DNA of 64,000 nt. Source: Phoronis australis. Taxonomy: Eukaryota > Animalia > Phoronida. Under the pieces are notes generated by a model. It did not search any database. It was not told the origin of the DNA and saw only the letters and a program-made list of their open reading frames with translations. The stretch is taken from positions 11,839-75,838 of the forward strand of contig NMRA01000311.1 in NCBI GenBank assembly GCA_002633005.1. The letters are read 5' to 3'. The position numbers and the translations under genes were made by a program. Shown piece by piece: positions 37,901-50,100 of this stretch. Positions within the stretch are counted from its first letter, which is position 1; each line of letters begins with the position of its first letter.

Positions 37901-40900
37901 TGCACTCGATGACCCCAGCATTAAACCCGAAGTTTGAGTCTGAGCTTGAAATTTTGTCTTTTTTCGAATCTAGGGGTCACCAAGCGTGAACTCATCTGCG
38001 CAAACCATAATATACTAACGAGCAGAATTATAGATACTTAACTTGAGTTCGCATTAAAATAAAACGGAAAATAATTTCGAATTCCATTTCAAGTTCGGAG
38101 ATTGGAGCCAAGGTCCTTTGAAATAAAATAATATCCTGTTGCCCTTGTCAACCCATAAAAGTCTGGAGTAAGTTTGGAAAGTCCGTACAAAGTTAGCTAA
38201 TTCGACAGGCGTGACTAACGCTCTGGGCGATCTTGAGCGACGACTGTTGGTGAACGTCCGCCCATCTTGAACTCGTGGTCTACTTTGAGGCACGCAGAGA
38301 AGAAGTGGTCTACTAGTAGCTGAGCAGATGGCAAAATCAGTTTTGGGGAATTTCGTTAAAACCGAGTTTAGCATCGAAATTAATTTTAAGAGGCCAATTC
38401 TGTCCTACTAATGACTGAAACATCCTACCAATGGGACAAAAGGTTGAACTGGTCCAAAACCTTGCCATTGTAGCGCGATTGATACAAATTAAAGCGGACC
38501 TGGATGGGTAACAAACGATTTTCCATGGCCTTATTGCAAGGTTAAGGACATATTTTGAGCATCTGAGAAGCTAGGTTAAGGACATATTTTGCGCATCTGA
38601 GAAGATAGGCTTAGGACATATTTTGCGCATCTGAGAAGATAGGTTTAAAATTTCCGTTTCCGCTGAATGAAGAACAAATGTTCTTTTAGTGATCTCAGGT
38701 AAGTAATCTATGTAAACCAAACGCGTTTTTGTTAGAAGTAACTACCACTCCTTAGTTCTTACAAAGTCCCCCACTCTTACACGCTTAATTAAGCATTAAA
38801 TCCGTGAATAGAAAGCGGTTCTTGCGGTACTGGTTGTCTCAGATAATCATATTGGAGCCATACTTATACGATGTACTTGAGACACTAAAGACAACTCAAG
38901 AAGATAAAAATCAATGAAAAATGCCGCATGTGAGCAAATCTCCATGACAAAAAACCCGAGCAAGTGTATATATCCGGACACGTAACGATGTCAATCTTCT
39001 GAAGGTCGTCCGGGAAGCTGTGGTCATCGCACCATAGCACCAAACTTTTTTCAGTGCAGCGCCGCCCACAGTCAATAGGCGGTACACCACAGGGGGGCTG
39101 GTGGAGCTTTAGCGCCCCCACACTTTTTTTCAGTGCTACGCCATAACAGTGGTGTAGTAGCGTTACAGACGACCTACTATAATTATCGTCAGTAGCCTCG
39201 CTCCTCGCCGCCATTATGAGGAACTATAGTCTACATCGACGGGCGCTGCCATTCGCATATTAAACCCTATCGAAACCAATAATCTGCGTTCATAAGTCTT
39301 GTCGTGTTGACTAGTACCAACTGCTTTTAAACGTTCTGAGACTATTCTGTTGTAACCACTCGTTTCAATAAGGAGTAGACCCCATATGTGTCCAATTAAT
39401 TTCCTGAGGAGGATGACTCATCGCTGTAATCACGTGTGTTAGTTTCTCTATGAAACAGTCCTCCGGGAACGCCTCTGGTTTCATTTGGGGGCACGTATTT
39501 CAAACGGATAGTGACTCGAGAATTAATGTAATGCTGTAAGCACATGGAGAGTGGTTCAACAAAGATATGAAATTAAAGTGCTTCTGGAAATAAAGAGACA
39601 ATGGCGTAAAACATACGGTCCGTTCATTATTCCATCTATATTAAGCACTAAAGATGTTTTTATTACGACCACCTTTGCTTAATCACAAGCCATTATTTTT
39701 TCACGAACTAGAACAATGCTTTTTCTCATTAGCAAATGACATGTTTAATAACTTCCTTTCGGTTCATGCGGGGGCAACACTGATAACTCTGGTAATAGCA
39801 GTGAGAAACGTTAATAGTGTCGTTATAAGCCATCGACTGTGAACCTTATTGGAGTGAAGTACTCCACGAGACCGCATATGGTCAACCGGCAGGTTTCTTA
39901 TTATAACACCGTATAATTTCAGTTGGCCATCAGGGTAGCGAGATTCTTTAAAGGTAACCAGGTGAGTCGTATTTGGCGGTCGCTGAGCCTTATTTGTGAG
40001 ACGTTGAAGTGAACACAAGTTGTAGGGTCCCGCCTTTGAGCCCTTGGGGCAGCCGTGTTGTTTGGATGATCTGGAACGAAAGTGGAGTAAACGGGTCCTT
40101 CTTGAAAATGGCTGCATGGAACCAGTTTCACTGAATAACGGCAATTAATGTCCCTTATTCAGTGAAACTGGTTCCCCGTAGCCATTTTCAAGAGGGACTA
40201 GTTTATTCCACTTTACCACGTCTTAATTCACGCAAGTCGAGGAAATCCGCGAATTAGGAAACAAATGAAAAACAACAGACGCAGATCCCTTTGGGTGCTA
40301 ACCACAGGAAATTAATATCACGTTGGCTAGTCCATCTTTGAATGAACTCCAAAGATAAACTGTGATTGCCATCGTTCTAAGAAGCTCGGAAATCCGGTTG
40401 CGAGTTGAAAAATACTTGTTACCAAATATTTGATATCCTAATAACTAATGTAACGGAAATCCCTTTCAGAGTTTGAAATCAATTTAAAAAATGTTTTATA
40501 TGAATTTACGTAAGGCGGATACATATATAATTTCAAACGTTGATCTCCGACATCATTCCACGCAGAGATGATGAATTACATGAATGGGGATGTCTTCTAA
40601 GGAACAACCAGAATGTTCATACGCGAGAATATTTCGACGATGTTACAGTGAATTTGAAACGCCAACATTGGCGCTGATGTTCAGTTTAACTCTGATCGCA
40701 TAACTCAACCCAGAGATGAAACAAACATAGATTAGACAAGTCATGCACTCAATAGGTTGCCGGGTCAAACCTACTCGGGGGGTACTCTTTCATAGGAGGG
40801 ACCAACTCGGGGGGGGGTACTCTTTCATAGGAGGCTTTTGTAGATAAGTGCCGCTGCTGCACTTGAACTTGAAGTTATTGGCGATGTTATTCACCAAACA

Positions 40901-43900
40901 GTAATTGATTAAACAATTCACATATTCCTCCGATTCTGTGACACATGTTCCGGTTAAAGAGAAAATGAGTGATTGTGGGGCCAATAATTACAAAAAGTTC
41001 TTTTCACTGAACAACAAGTTTCACCCGATTGCTTTAATGACTATATAATTCTAAGTTCACGCATGCGCGATCTTGTGATTACGTGTAATTGCAAGTTCAA
41101 GCACAACACCGCTAATTAGGTATCGCTTGGAGCTGAATATTTTGACTTTAGTGATAACTAAACTATACACACATAAATATACATGCATAGGTGAAATCGT
41201 CCCTGCTGGGTTAATTCTAGAGTTAAAACCCAACTTCCACGTAATTTTATTATTTTAGATGTATTGGGCTAGCCTGGTAGTTTTACCAAAGCCTTAACAA
41301 AATAAGAAAACGCGAGTTTAATCACGCAAATGCAGGGCCGTCAAATGATAGCTGAAGCCGCCTTTTCGCGCCCTATTGCGTCATTGCGAGATCCCTGCAC
41401 AAACAATACAAGGCCGACAACAGTTGTGTTGAATAGGGAGAGTCGATGAAAGTGGTACGGTTTGGGGTGGAATTTTTCACCATTTGGTATAATCTCGGGT
41501 ACCCATTTTCCCGGGTTTTTGGTGTTTCGTTGTTCTGAATTTTGGTGAAGGTGCGGAGACTCTCTCCTATAATTTGAAAGAGAGACCATTAATTTCTCCG
41601 GATCACACACAAAGCGGGAATAGTCCTCTACGAAGCTTTACTTCTCCGAAGGTTCACTAGACCTAGACTAGACATAGCCTTGGTACAAAGCTATATACTA
41701 AATGTATGTATTTTGGCGATAGTTTTCATACAGCTAGCTGGCTGGCTACACTAGACGGTGATCACCGTCTCTAGCTGGCCCAGTAGAGACGGTCAACTCC
41801 TATAGGAGCTTCGTACGCCGGAAGCTTTTCCTCGAATTATGCCTCGATAACACTGACTAAAACATCAAAGCCACGTCCAACTCGAAGAAATACTCCCGTT
41901 GTCAAACTTTTTTTTCTTTGAGCAGTCCCTCGTTCAGTTCCCAAAATTGGTAACTCGTCATTTCTACACTGTGCACGCCATGGGATATGACGCCATACCA
42001 CCTGCCGCGCGCAGTGTTAAAATAGCAAGTTATCGATTTTGGGAAGTGAATAAGGGACGGGAGTACTTGTTCGAGTTGGAAGGAATTAAATACATCGACG
42101 GCCTCTTAAGGTGTCCCTCTATGCGCAAAATGTATTTATAACAACGTGACTTTGATATTTTAGTCGTAATTCGCCGAAAAGCTTTCGGTGTATGAAGCTC
42201 CTTTAGGAGTTCAACCGTCACTACTGGGCCAGGTAGAGACGGTGATCACAGTCTAAAGGTTCACTACTAAGAACATTCACACTAGTACTCCCAAAATACA
42301 TAAAAATTCGTTATCGAGACTTCAGTTCTTGTCACAGCAGTGTACCTACCTAAATAATGCCCTGGTACTAATACACTATCGCTTGGGTTTCATATGGAAA
42401 CATGCGAAACTGGGTTCAAAGCATGTCTTATGACAACGGGAAATTCGATTTGAGAACCAGTTACTACCACTGAATAACGGGCAATATTCAGTAGGAGTAA
42501 CTTGATCTCAAATCAGGGACCCATGTATCCGAGTATTACCGCAAAATAAATACGTGCTTGCATTCTTTAAAAGGTCTTAGCTGTTAAGAACATTAATCAA
42601 TTACCATGGGCGGATCCAGGATTTTGAGTTGGGGGGGGGCAGGGCAGAGTATTAGCCAGGATTTTGCCTGTCCACTCCCGAACTGCCCAATGGAATCTTG
42701 GAGAATTTTAGGGGGGCCATGGCTCCCTCTAAATCCGCCACTAATTACCATCCACGATACATTCATCAATTTCATGTCCCTATCGCACCATTTCACAGAA
42801 TAAATTGATCAGCTGCATCTCAACCTCACCCACCGCAACGAAACCACGAGCACGACTGGGTAAAAACTGATACAGTGCGCTACCATGTCCCTGTCAGTCT
42901 TCACTATATGGACACAAATACTTCAATACTTTATGCATGCCAGTTTAGTTCCGCGTCATTAGCAGACGTTCAGAGTGCGACGAGTGAAATCTGGGAATAG
43001 TGAACTTTCGGAGCGGGGAAAGTTTGGAATAGTGACACTAACTCCTAATACTAACGTTTACCGAAGACAGCCATCGCCATGTGTTCTATGAGCGTTGTGT
43101 TTTAAATTCGCTTGTTGTATGTCGTGGTAAAGTAATATCTTGATATGTGCCTGCAGTACGTGGGTACCAGAGCAACTGAACCAAGGAAGTAATTGGTGTG
43201 GCCTTTAACCCCGAGATTCCCTTACAACATAAAAGTTTTCATGGCCTCTGAACTTTTCCCTAGGCAAGATGTTTACGTTTGTGAGGCACTGAGTGATTGA
43301 GTGAACGCTCTAGTCTCGTTCTAACAGTTTTCCAACGGGACAAAATGCGAGTTAGCTAACTGCGTCTTGAGTGATCAGCTCGAGTGTTCAGGAAGTGATA
43401 ATGAAGTTTCCACCAATTTCATGACCCCGCCGACCAACAAAACTTAGAGTTGTCGTTGCTACTCAAGCAAAGATACTATATTCCACTTAGGTAACTATAA
43501 AATCTTTGACTCAAGTGCATTAAGAGGGGGTAATGGTCGGTCTCGCTAGTGAATCGTGACGTACTTTTTAGCTTCCGTGACGATGCAAACATTGATGAAG
43601 TGTGAAATACATTTACAGATTTGTATATTGCCACCACGTGAATGAATTGTCTACATTAGCAACCGGTGCTATTTAAGCCAACACGTAACTAATGTTTTAA
43701 TTAAAGTTTAAGTAAAAAAATGAGACAGTAACAGAACAACGAAAGGGTAAAACAATTCTACATTTTACAACCGACAAATCTACAAGCCGGACCATTTCGA
43801 GTTGAGAGGAAATGTTTAAACTGTGATATGCCAGTGCAAGACAGTATTTCCTCACTAAGACTATTTCACATGACAGCAGCGTAGTTTTTAAAAGATCGAT

Positions 43901-44825
43901 TGCCAAAATGTGTAGTATTGTGTCTAGGCACTACAGTCTTATCTGAACGCTTCAAATTACGAGTGTGGACCATTGTCTTATATTATATAAACAGTTTTGA
44001 TATGATGTTTGCAAAAAATCGCCATATGGCCGTTTTAGCATCTACTGTAGGTCAATACGAACTCCGCGCATCCTGTGCAGAAGGTCAAAAGTGTTTGACG
44101 TACGTCACCTACTAGTCAGCTGTACGTCAAGTTGAAACCTACTTACATTTCAAAGTTATCCCGCCGTAACTAAACCAATCGTTAATAACTGATAATAGGA
44201 ATATTGAAATGAATCTGAGTAGGCCTAGAGCGCAGTCGCACAATGATGTATAGATTACGCGCGTCAACTGTCAAATGGTTTTTTTAGAAAATCTCATGCT
44301 CCAGTGCGATAACGCTCAGATCTCATGTGTTACTGTTTTGTTAGCAAGTAGGGTCATATCAGGATTGGAAATCCATTAATTTGGAGATAACAAGTTAAAA
44401 CCATATGTCTTGTGCTGAAACTCCGGTCTTTCGTAACCATGGCAACCTCCGAACTGAGCCTCCGAACTGAGCCGCGTATACGAAGTCAAGACTATTAATT
44501 GATAAAAAATATGAAGGTTATCTCGCACCAGTAAATGAGTTTATATTGGCAAGTTTATGTTAAGCTGTGTACTTACAACCCCGGCGGGATAATCCGATAG
44601 TTCTGAGGCGTTGCTGCTGCTCCCAACAGGAGATGAATGAGTCACCGGAGGTATCACACATAAAAAACCAAGGGTAAAGCCAACAACGGCTGCAATTCCA
44701 GAGTGTCTGCTACGTGCCGCTGCGAGACACGTGTTCAATTTCTCCGACCTGGGCGAGTGTCTTTGGAAGCGTTTCAACCGACAGCAAGACAAACGGTCGT
44801 CTTGTCTTGATTCAAGCGTTTCCAT
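22704..44825 (-). CDS. Matrix metalloproteinase (M10A), membrane-type, probably GPI-anchored (MMP17/25- or Drosophila Mmp2-like), whole gene: complement join(44577-44825,36012-36286,28643-28827,27812-27910,27494-27652,25794-26017,24541-24694,23872-24144,22704-22936), 616 aa
   Basis: Phases are consistent (1851 nt). Cysteine switch PRCGLPD, furin site RRIRR, zinc motif [11 protein letters not shown], Met-turn ALMYP, Pro/Thr hinge, four hemopexin blades closed by two Cys, hydrophobic C-terminus with no cytoplasmic tail. Confidence 0.93.
23872..24144 (-). CDS. MMP exon 8, hemopexin (GKNYYEF...VDAAFIW...YPRPMKMW...EPN)
   Basis: tacag acceptor, gtaatt donor. Confidence 0.93.
24541..24694 (-). CDS. 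MMP exon 7, hemopexin (YFWR...IDAVYER...ILFFI)
   Basis: tgcag acceptor, gtgagt donor. Confidence 0.93.
25794..26017 (-). CDS. MMP exon 6, Pro/Thr hinge and start of hemopexin domain
   Basis: ctcag acceptor, gtaagg donor; [24 protein letters not shown]...FKGN. Confidence 0.9.
27494..27652 (-). CDS. MMP exon 5, zinc-binding ([15 protein letters not shown]...ALMYP...GIQALY)
   Basis: tgcag acceptor, gtgagt donor. Confidence 0.95.
27812..27910 (-). CDS. MMP exon 4 ([11 protein letters not shown]...[11 protein letters not shown])
   Basis: tttcag acceptor, gtacga donor. Confidence 0.94.
28059..28091. repeat. (CACGTG)5 palindromic microsatellite
   Basis: Directly visible. Confidence 0.95.
28643..28827 (-). 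CDS. MMP exon 3, catalytic domain (LENYSPRL...[10 protein letters not shown])
   Basis: tgcag acceptor, gtaagt donor. Confidence 0.94.
28899..28965. repeat. 10-bp repeat (ACATCTAAAC), about 6.5 copies
   Basis: Directly visible. Confidence 0.93.
30236..30453. repeat. Diverged tandem duplication, 2 copies of about 100-115 bp
   Basis: TTTCTAGATTA...TGCCATA...CCCACCCGT...CAACGTA.TGAGCT...GTCGAC.TATCT occurs twice. Confidence 0.75.
31916..32223. mobile_element. MITE, about 308 bp (PIF/Harbinger-like ends)
   Basis: TIR AGGCCAAAAAGGC...AGTTGGTTCTG matched by CAGAACCAACT...GCCTTTTTGGCCT. Confidence 0.7.
32450..32854. mobile_element. Short TTAA-flanked non-autonomous element with internal tandem repeat (about 2.5 copies at 32543-32692)
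   Basis: TTAA|AGTGACATTA ... TAATATCCCT|TTAA imperfect TIR. Confidence 0.55.
33576..33642. repeat. 12-bp repeat (GTATTGCGCACT), about 5.5 copies
   Basis: Directly visible. Confidence 0.93.
36012..36286 (-). CDS. MMP exon 2, prodomain (NYLLRYAYL...PRCGLPD...RRIRRY...LTWR)
   Basis: ttccag acceptor, gtgagt donor; cysteine switch and furin site. Confidence 0.94.
38539..38645. repeat. 34-bp tandem repeat, 3 copies
   Basis: AGGTTAAGGACATATTTTGCGCATCTGAGAAGAT. Confidence 0.9.
40079..40214. repeat. Long inverted repeat, about 60-bp arms
   Basis: 40079-40138 is the reverse complement of 40155-40214 with 7 differences. Confidence 0.9.
40770..40834. repeat. Short direct duplication, 2 copies
   Basis: ACTCGGGGGG(GG)TACTCTTTCATAGGAGG occurs twice. 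Confidence 0.85.
41658..42255. mobile_element. MITE with about 80-bp TIRs (Mutator-like)
   Basis: 41752-41830 is the inverted match of 42177-42255; direct repeat AAGGTTCAC(TA) at 41649 and 42256 suggests a 9-bp TSD. Confidence 0.72.
42608..42742. mobile_element. Small GC-rich MITE (hAT-like)
   Basis: GGCGGATCCAG ... CTAAATCCGCC ends; flanking direct repeat AATTACCAT at 42599-42607 and 42743-42751. Confidence 0.72.
44577..44825 (-). CDS. MMP exon 1 (METLESRQ...[24 protein letters not shown]...YPAGV)
   Basis: Hydrophobic signal segment and a perfect phase-0 gtaagt donor joining to NYLLRYAYL. Confidence 0.8.
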
Positions 44826-47123
44826 GTTGAAGAAACAAGTTCCCCACACTGTTGGAAGTGGTTTTAGGTTGCAGTTTCGACGCCAAGCTAACCCGTCAAG
44901 AACTACTCGAAAGTCTTGAATTATCGTCTCAATGTTAAGTTTTTAAGCATCAACCTAGTCATCAGCTTTGTAAATTACACCTAATATAACATCGGAAACG
45001 AAATAAAATTGGTTGACGATGTAACTGAAGCTTAGAAATAACACATCCGTCACAAATATGGTGGTGCTTGATTCCCTCTGGCGATGTAAGCCCCTCTGTA
45101 CTGCCAACTACTGGTTCAAAACCATCCTAGTAAACGTCAAAAGCTCCTGTCGGTTGTCGCCTCAGCGAATGTCTTTTAGCATGTGAAGTGTTCAATAACT
45201 GTTGAAAATCCTGTCTAAAACTTGAAACCGGTATCTCTTAAGATGAACATGTGACCGTGAGTTAGCCGCAGGAAGTAACAACAAATCTCGACCCGTCTGT
45301 TCAGATGGAGTAGATGGAAGTTCTGATTACGCGGCCGCATGTGGAACTCGTTACGTTTATGGCTGACACGATTTCCGGCGAATGCGTAAGCAGCCGGTCT
45401 TGTAAACAGTTGTTATTATTGATGGAGCGCAGTCAGTGCTTCAAGCCAATCCGGTTGTATATTGACCGCGCGAAGGATTATCCATTTAAATAATCATTAC
45501 ATGTGGAATGTTGTTCTTGGTACTTTTCAAGTTGATTCTTAAATATGTTGGGCGGTCAGATAAAAGATCGCTTTCCATCTGTTTAACAATTCCACCTGAT
45601 TCAGTAATCATTTAACAGACCTAAAGACCAGCCGCATAAAGACGCATTGTCCCATCGCTCAGGCCATGGCAGGTGTATATAACTGTCTTTGTTGGACCAA
45701 AGATTGTTGTAATGTGATTATACTGGGTGATTGTACCTCCTGGAACAGGACCCAAACTGTTGCAAATATTTTTGTCCAGTAGAGGCAGGATCTTTACATT
45801 TTGCACGGTCAATTTTATGTATTGAGCTCAGTTTACGTTATTTAATGCTGACGTTTTCGTCGGCGGCCCAACTGTTTTCTCGTCGTCCGTTGCATTTACT
45901 CCAGTGAAGTGCAATGAGACGTGAAATAATATCCGTGAAAATGGCGAAATTGCGCAAACATAGGGCCATAAAACTATGATTTCAAGCACTTTTGCCTTAG
46001 GTGCTGAAAATGGTCACCATCAGCATCTCGATGCGCCTTTTTCAAAGTAAAAAAAAAAAAAAAAAACACGCGCTGCTCTATAGATTACTTACGTTATGAG
46101 CGAAATTGACTCAAAGTCGAAAATACTGCTGATAAGCAGCGATGACCATTTTCTTTCGCAACGCGTGACACAATGTTTGCTCGCAACAGAATTGTGCAGC
46201 TTTATCCAGAGTTTTAATTTCCTAGATGAAGTAGAAAAATATCAGCAGAAGTTTGATGCCTGTTCCGGGAGCCTGTATTACACCATATAGGAGAATTGTA
46301 ATTCTATGTAGTCTCCTATCGCATACATGGGGAGAAAAGACGTACAAATCGGCTACAGAGTAAAGGTCCAGGTCCTTTGAGAGCAAAAAAAGTATTGTTT
46401 GGCTAAAATTGTTGTGGCGAAAATTGCAAAGCTGTACCAATTTATCATTGACACAAAACAGCTGTTTCAGATATGATTTTATGCGTCTTTTGTTCAATTT
46501 TAATACTTTTCATTACAACAGCAAACACAATGATACAAAAATGTTAGTTGCTCACTCACGTGTTATTTTAAAACACTGATTCTTGGTTTTACTCTGGTGT
46601 TTCACACATTAGCACAAAATTGTCCCTTATTACTTGAGTAACACTGCAAATGAGCAAAATTAAGTTCCCCCGTTGTCGTGTGTGTTCCGATTCACGGCTG
46701 ATGCACCCACAGGCGTCATCAGCTTCTGATCGTCCCCAATACACTACATGATATAATACTATTACTAATAATAGTATTATATGTAGTGTATTGGGGACGA
46801 TCAGAAGTTGAGGACGGCTGTGGGTGTACACGAACATTTTGTAGCTCATCCCTTGCAACATCCCATATCAGTCTGCCAATGCTTCAAGGTGTGGCTATTA
46901 CCTGATAAAACAGGCATTGTGGTTGTCAAAAAATTTATTAAACCACGTGCTTTTTCTGCTTATTTTGTCTGTGTTGATATTAGTTCTTTCTAAAGGACCC
47001 TACTCATGTCATTTCTCGTCACAGATGACTCGGAGACTGAGCTGCTGCAAATAAAACATGCTCTGACACGTGCTGTGGTATTATTAATTGACAATAGATG
47101 GCCCTCAAGTGTTAGTAAAAGTA

Positions 47124-47134
47124 AAGATGGCGGC
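47124..47134 (+). promoter_or_regulatory. YY1-type motif AAGATGGCGGC overlapping the MRPL50 start codon
   Basis: Exact match to the YY1 consensus, which often overlaps the ATG of housekeeping genes; binding not shown. Confidence 0.45.
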
Positions 47135-47183
47135 CTCCTTCAGCAAGAATGTGAAAGGTTTAGAAAGAATTTTGTTATCTAAG
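47127..47183 (+). CDS. MRPL50: MRPL50 exon 1 (MAASFSKNVKGLERILLSK)
   Basis: aagATGG start context; AAG|gtaaga donor in phase 0. Confidence 0.8.
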
Positions 47184-50100
47184 GTAAGAGAGTGTTCTAG
47201 ATACAAGAGAACGAAATAAATTGAAGGAAATAAAATCATGGAAAAAATACAGCGTGGATTTCGATGCTTCTAAGTGCATTTCCATTCTTCAATTAACCCC
47301 GTCTTGCGTGTGAGGTAGGCCCTAGTACTAGTAGTAGTAGTACTTAGTACTAGCGTTAAAGGAGAATGCCACCCGATTTAATTAGTCTTTTTTACCGTCT
47401 TAATCGGTCTATATCCACTTCGCCTTGCATACGGTCGACCTTACCATGCCAAGAGGTGTCGCGTTAACCTGTGAGGAAGGTGAGAAACGACGCTAGCGAC
47501 GTCAGTGGTTCATATGCAGAGTGAATGCCGCTATGTTGCGGTGTATCGTTACCGCTTGTCCGAACTAAGCAGGTGCGAGGAAAGCGGGTATATCGTTTTT
47601 TTTACTTCCTCGAGAGTCCGAAATGCTTAGGAAGTGGCACATGGTAGTGAAGAATGAAATGTACGCTGTAAATAGCAAGTATGAGGCCCTGAAACATCTC
47701 CGTGTCTGTCTGCAGTCATGTCGACAGTGCCTGACGAATGCCGCCTTACCAAATAACTCCATACGCTCCGTTGTCTGAGCTTGTTCACGGCGGCTTTCTA
47801 GTATTTCTTCATCACTGTATTCCTGTTCGAATTGATAGCCTGTAAAACTTAACGATCCACCTGCGAAGTCGGACTGATGAGCTCTAGCTCCGCCTAAGTC
47901 GGGATTGCGAGTTGTCATGTTGGCGTTTATTACTGAGCGTTCTGTTTCAAAATGAATTATTCTCACCCTAACCAATACTTATATAAAACTGAAACAAAGT
48001 CTGTCTCATTAGATGCAATTTGTTATGCCTTTGGAGTGTTCGTGAGTGCAAATGATTTGAGAAGCCAGCAATGAATAAATCACTGCGTTACCGGCTTTAG
48101 GTGCAATAAAACTAATTGACGGGACGCCGAGGCCGTGTGAGCTTATGCTAATTTAGTGTTTGCTGGCAGAAACTGTTGTGAAACAATTCGATTTCCATCC
48201 CACGGCCAGGTGTTAGGGGAATCTTTATTTACATTTACATTACTCAAATAATGATTGTCATGAATGTACAACTTCTGCCCTGACGGTGCTGTGGCCAAAG
48301 CGGAACCTAAATTCGCAGCCCCCGACGAGTAAGTAGATTTGCAGTTTCGTGGCTAATTCACCAACATAATCAGGTGCACATTACTTTGGCTCACTAGTAT
48401 AGTATTTTCTTGACTGGAAGTTTAGTTTCCAGTGAACTTTGGCTGGTTTATGTTCGTGATGTCTGATCAGTTTCCGAGCCACTCAGCTGGCCGGGATAAC
48501 GAGTCAATCCGGCCAGCCGCGACGGGCCTGATCGGGCTCCGAGCCACTGGCCAAGATAACAAGCGTTTTGTGTTTAGAACTCAGAAAATCACAAGTTTAA
48601 ACAACACAGATCTAGGTTCTCCTGTCTGTATCTCATGGAAAATACTTCGAAATTATCTCCGAACAAACCCCAAACTCCTGCTACGGACCTTATTGGCCTG
48701 CCGAACTTTGTAGGCTACGGCCGGTGTGTCCAAATACCAATAAATCTGTAAGAGCGAAATAAAACAACACGTTTTTATAAGAAATCTGTGTATTTTTAAG
48801 GGTTTTACATCGAATTTTGATGATTTATTGGTGTTAAACGATGACTTCATGCGATAAGCTGACACCAGTTGTGAACTGCCGAACAGACTGCGTGCGAAAC
48901 CGATGACGTCATTGGATAATTTCAACACCTCCGTCTGCCGTCAGGTAACGCAACCGTACGTGTCGTTATGGAGTAGGACTACTTGATCTAAATTGATACA
49001 AATTAGGTTGTTTTTTGGGTGGCATGCTCCTTTAAGCTGTTAAGAGTAAGACGAAGTGTGCCCACTTTCCGTGACTTTCGTCGATGTACACCTGATGTGA
49101 TATACCTTTCACATAAGGCAATATTACATCGCCCTGAATTCTGCAGGTATACAGACGCGACAGTACACATATCATGACTCTGGAGTCTGGAGACAGTTTA
49201 TTGAACATAATTTGAACATAAATACATATCCATGAAAATCTGTTTGCTCAAGCTTCCCTAACTGGCTGCCATTTTGGGGAAGTTATGTGAAATCTATCCT
49301 TGGTTTAAAGCTTTATACTAAATATGCAGCTTTGCACCGATGGGGGTAAAAAAGTGGTAAGATAAAATCTGACAAAAATTAGTGTCATTAAAAACTACAG
49401 TCTTCCTTGAGTAAACTAAATTATGTAATGGTGTTGGAAAAAATGGCGTTCTACTGTTATTCTGCTCCTAAAGTTGTGGAGCGATCTTTAGCGACGGCTT
49501 TCGGCACCGTGAAATATTGCGTCACCTATTGGCCAGTTTCTTTTTTCGCCGATTCTTCAATCAACTGTTGTTCTTTCACGAGGTTGCGTACACGTCACAA
49601 CAAATTATCGGAATTGGTTTCACTTCATTATAAGTTTTTAGAATTTTGATACCAAAAAAGGAATTTCAGAAGAGTTTGCAGCTGCCAAGCTATCATCATC
49701 TCCCGAGATGTCACAAAAATTTAGGAAATGGCGCGTGCGCGTGACACGAGCGTATTGTTTTCGAAACGACGACATACTTTTCATTGTTAGAAAAGGCGGA
49801 GAATTACGCAACAAAGTGACGTTTATTGCATTGTTTTTCACTTAAACGGCTGTTAACGGGCAAGGTGAGTGTCGGTGGATTCCCAGATTTTGCATGCATC
49901 TCATCCAGTCTTTAGCTTTACATGTTAATGCAAGTTTCACGGCGAGGTGATGAGCAGAACTACCACGGCTGTGTGCAATTTCGGGGTCTACGGAAGAAAT
50001 ACACAGTGGTACGTAGCTGTATTTTGACGATAGTCTTCTTACAGCTAGCTGGCTGACTATGTGAAATCATGCCTGTTGAGGAACAAAAAGTCCAAGCCAA

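Noticed and set aside
39764-39880. Signal-peptide-like stretch [22 protein letters not shown] as an alternative MMP first exon
   Set aside because: It ends in a stop with no credible in-phase donor; 44577-44825 has a perfect donor.
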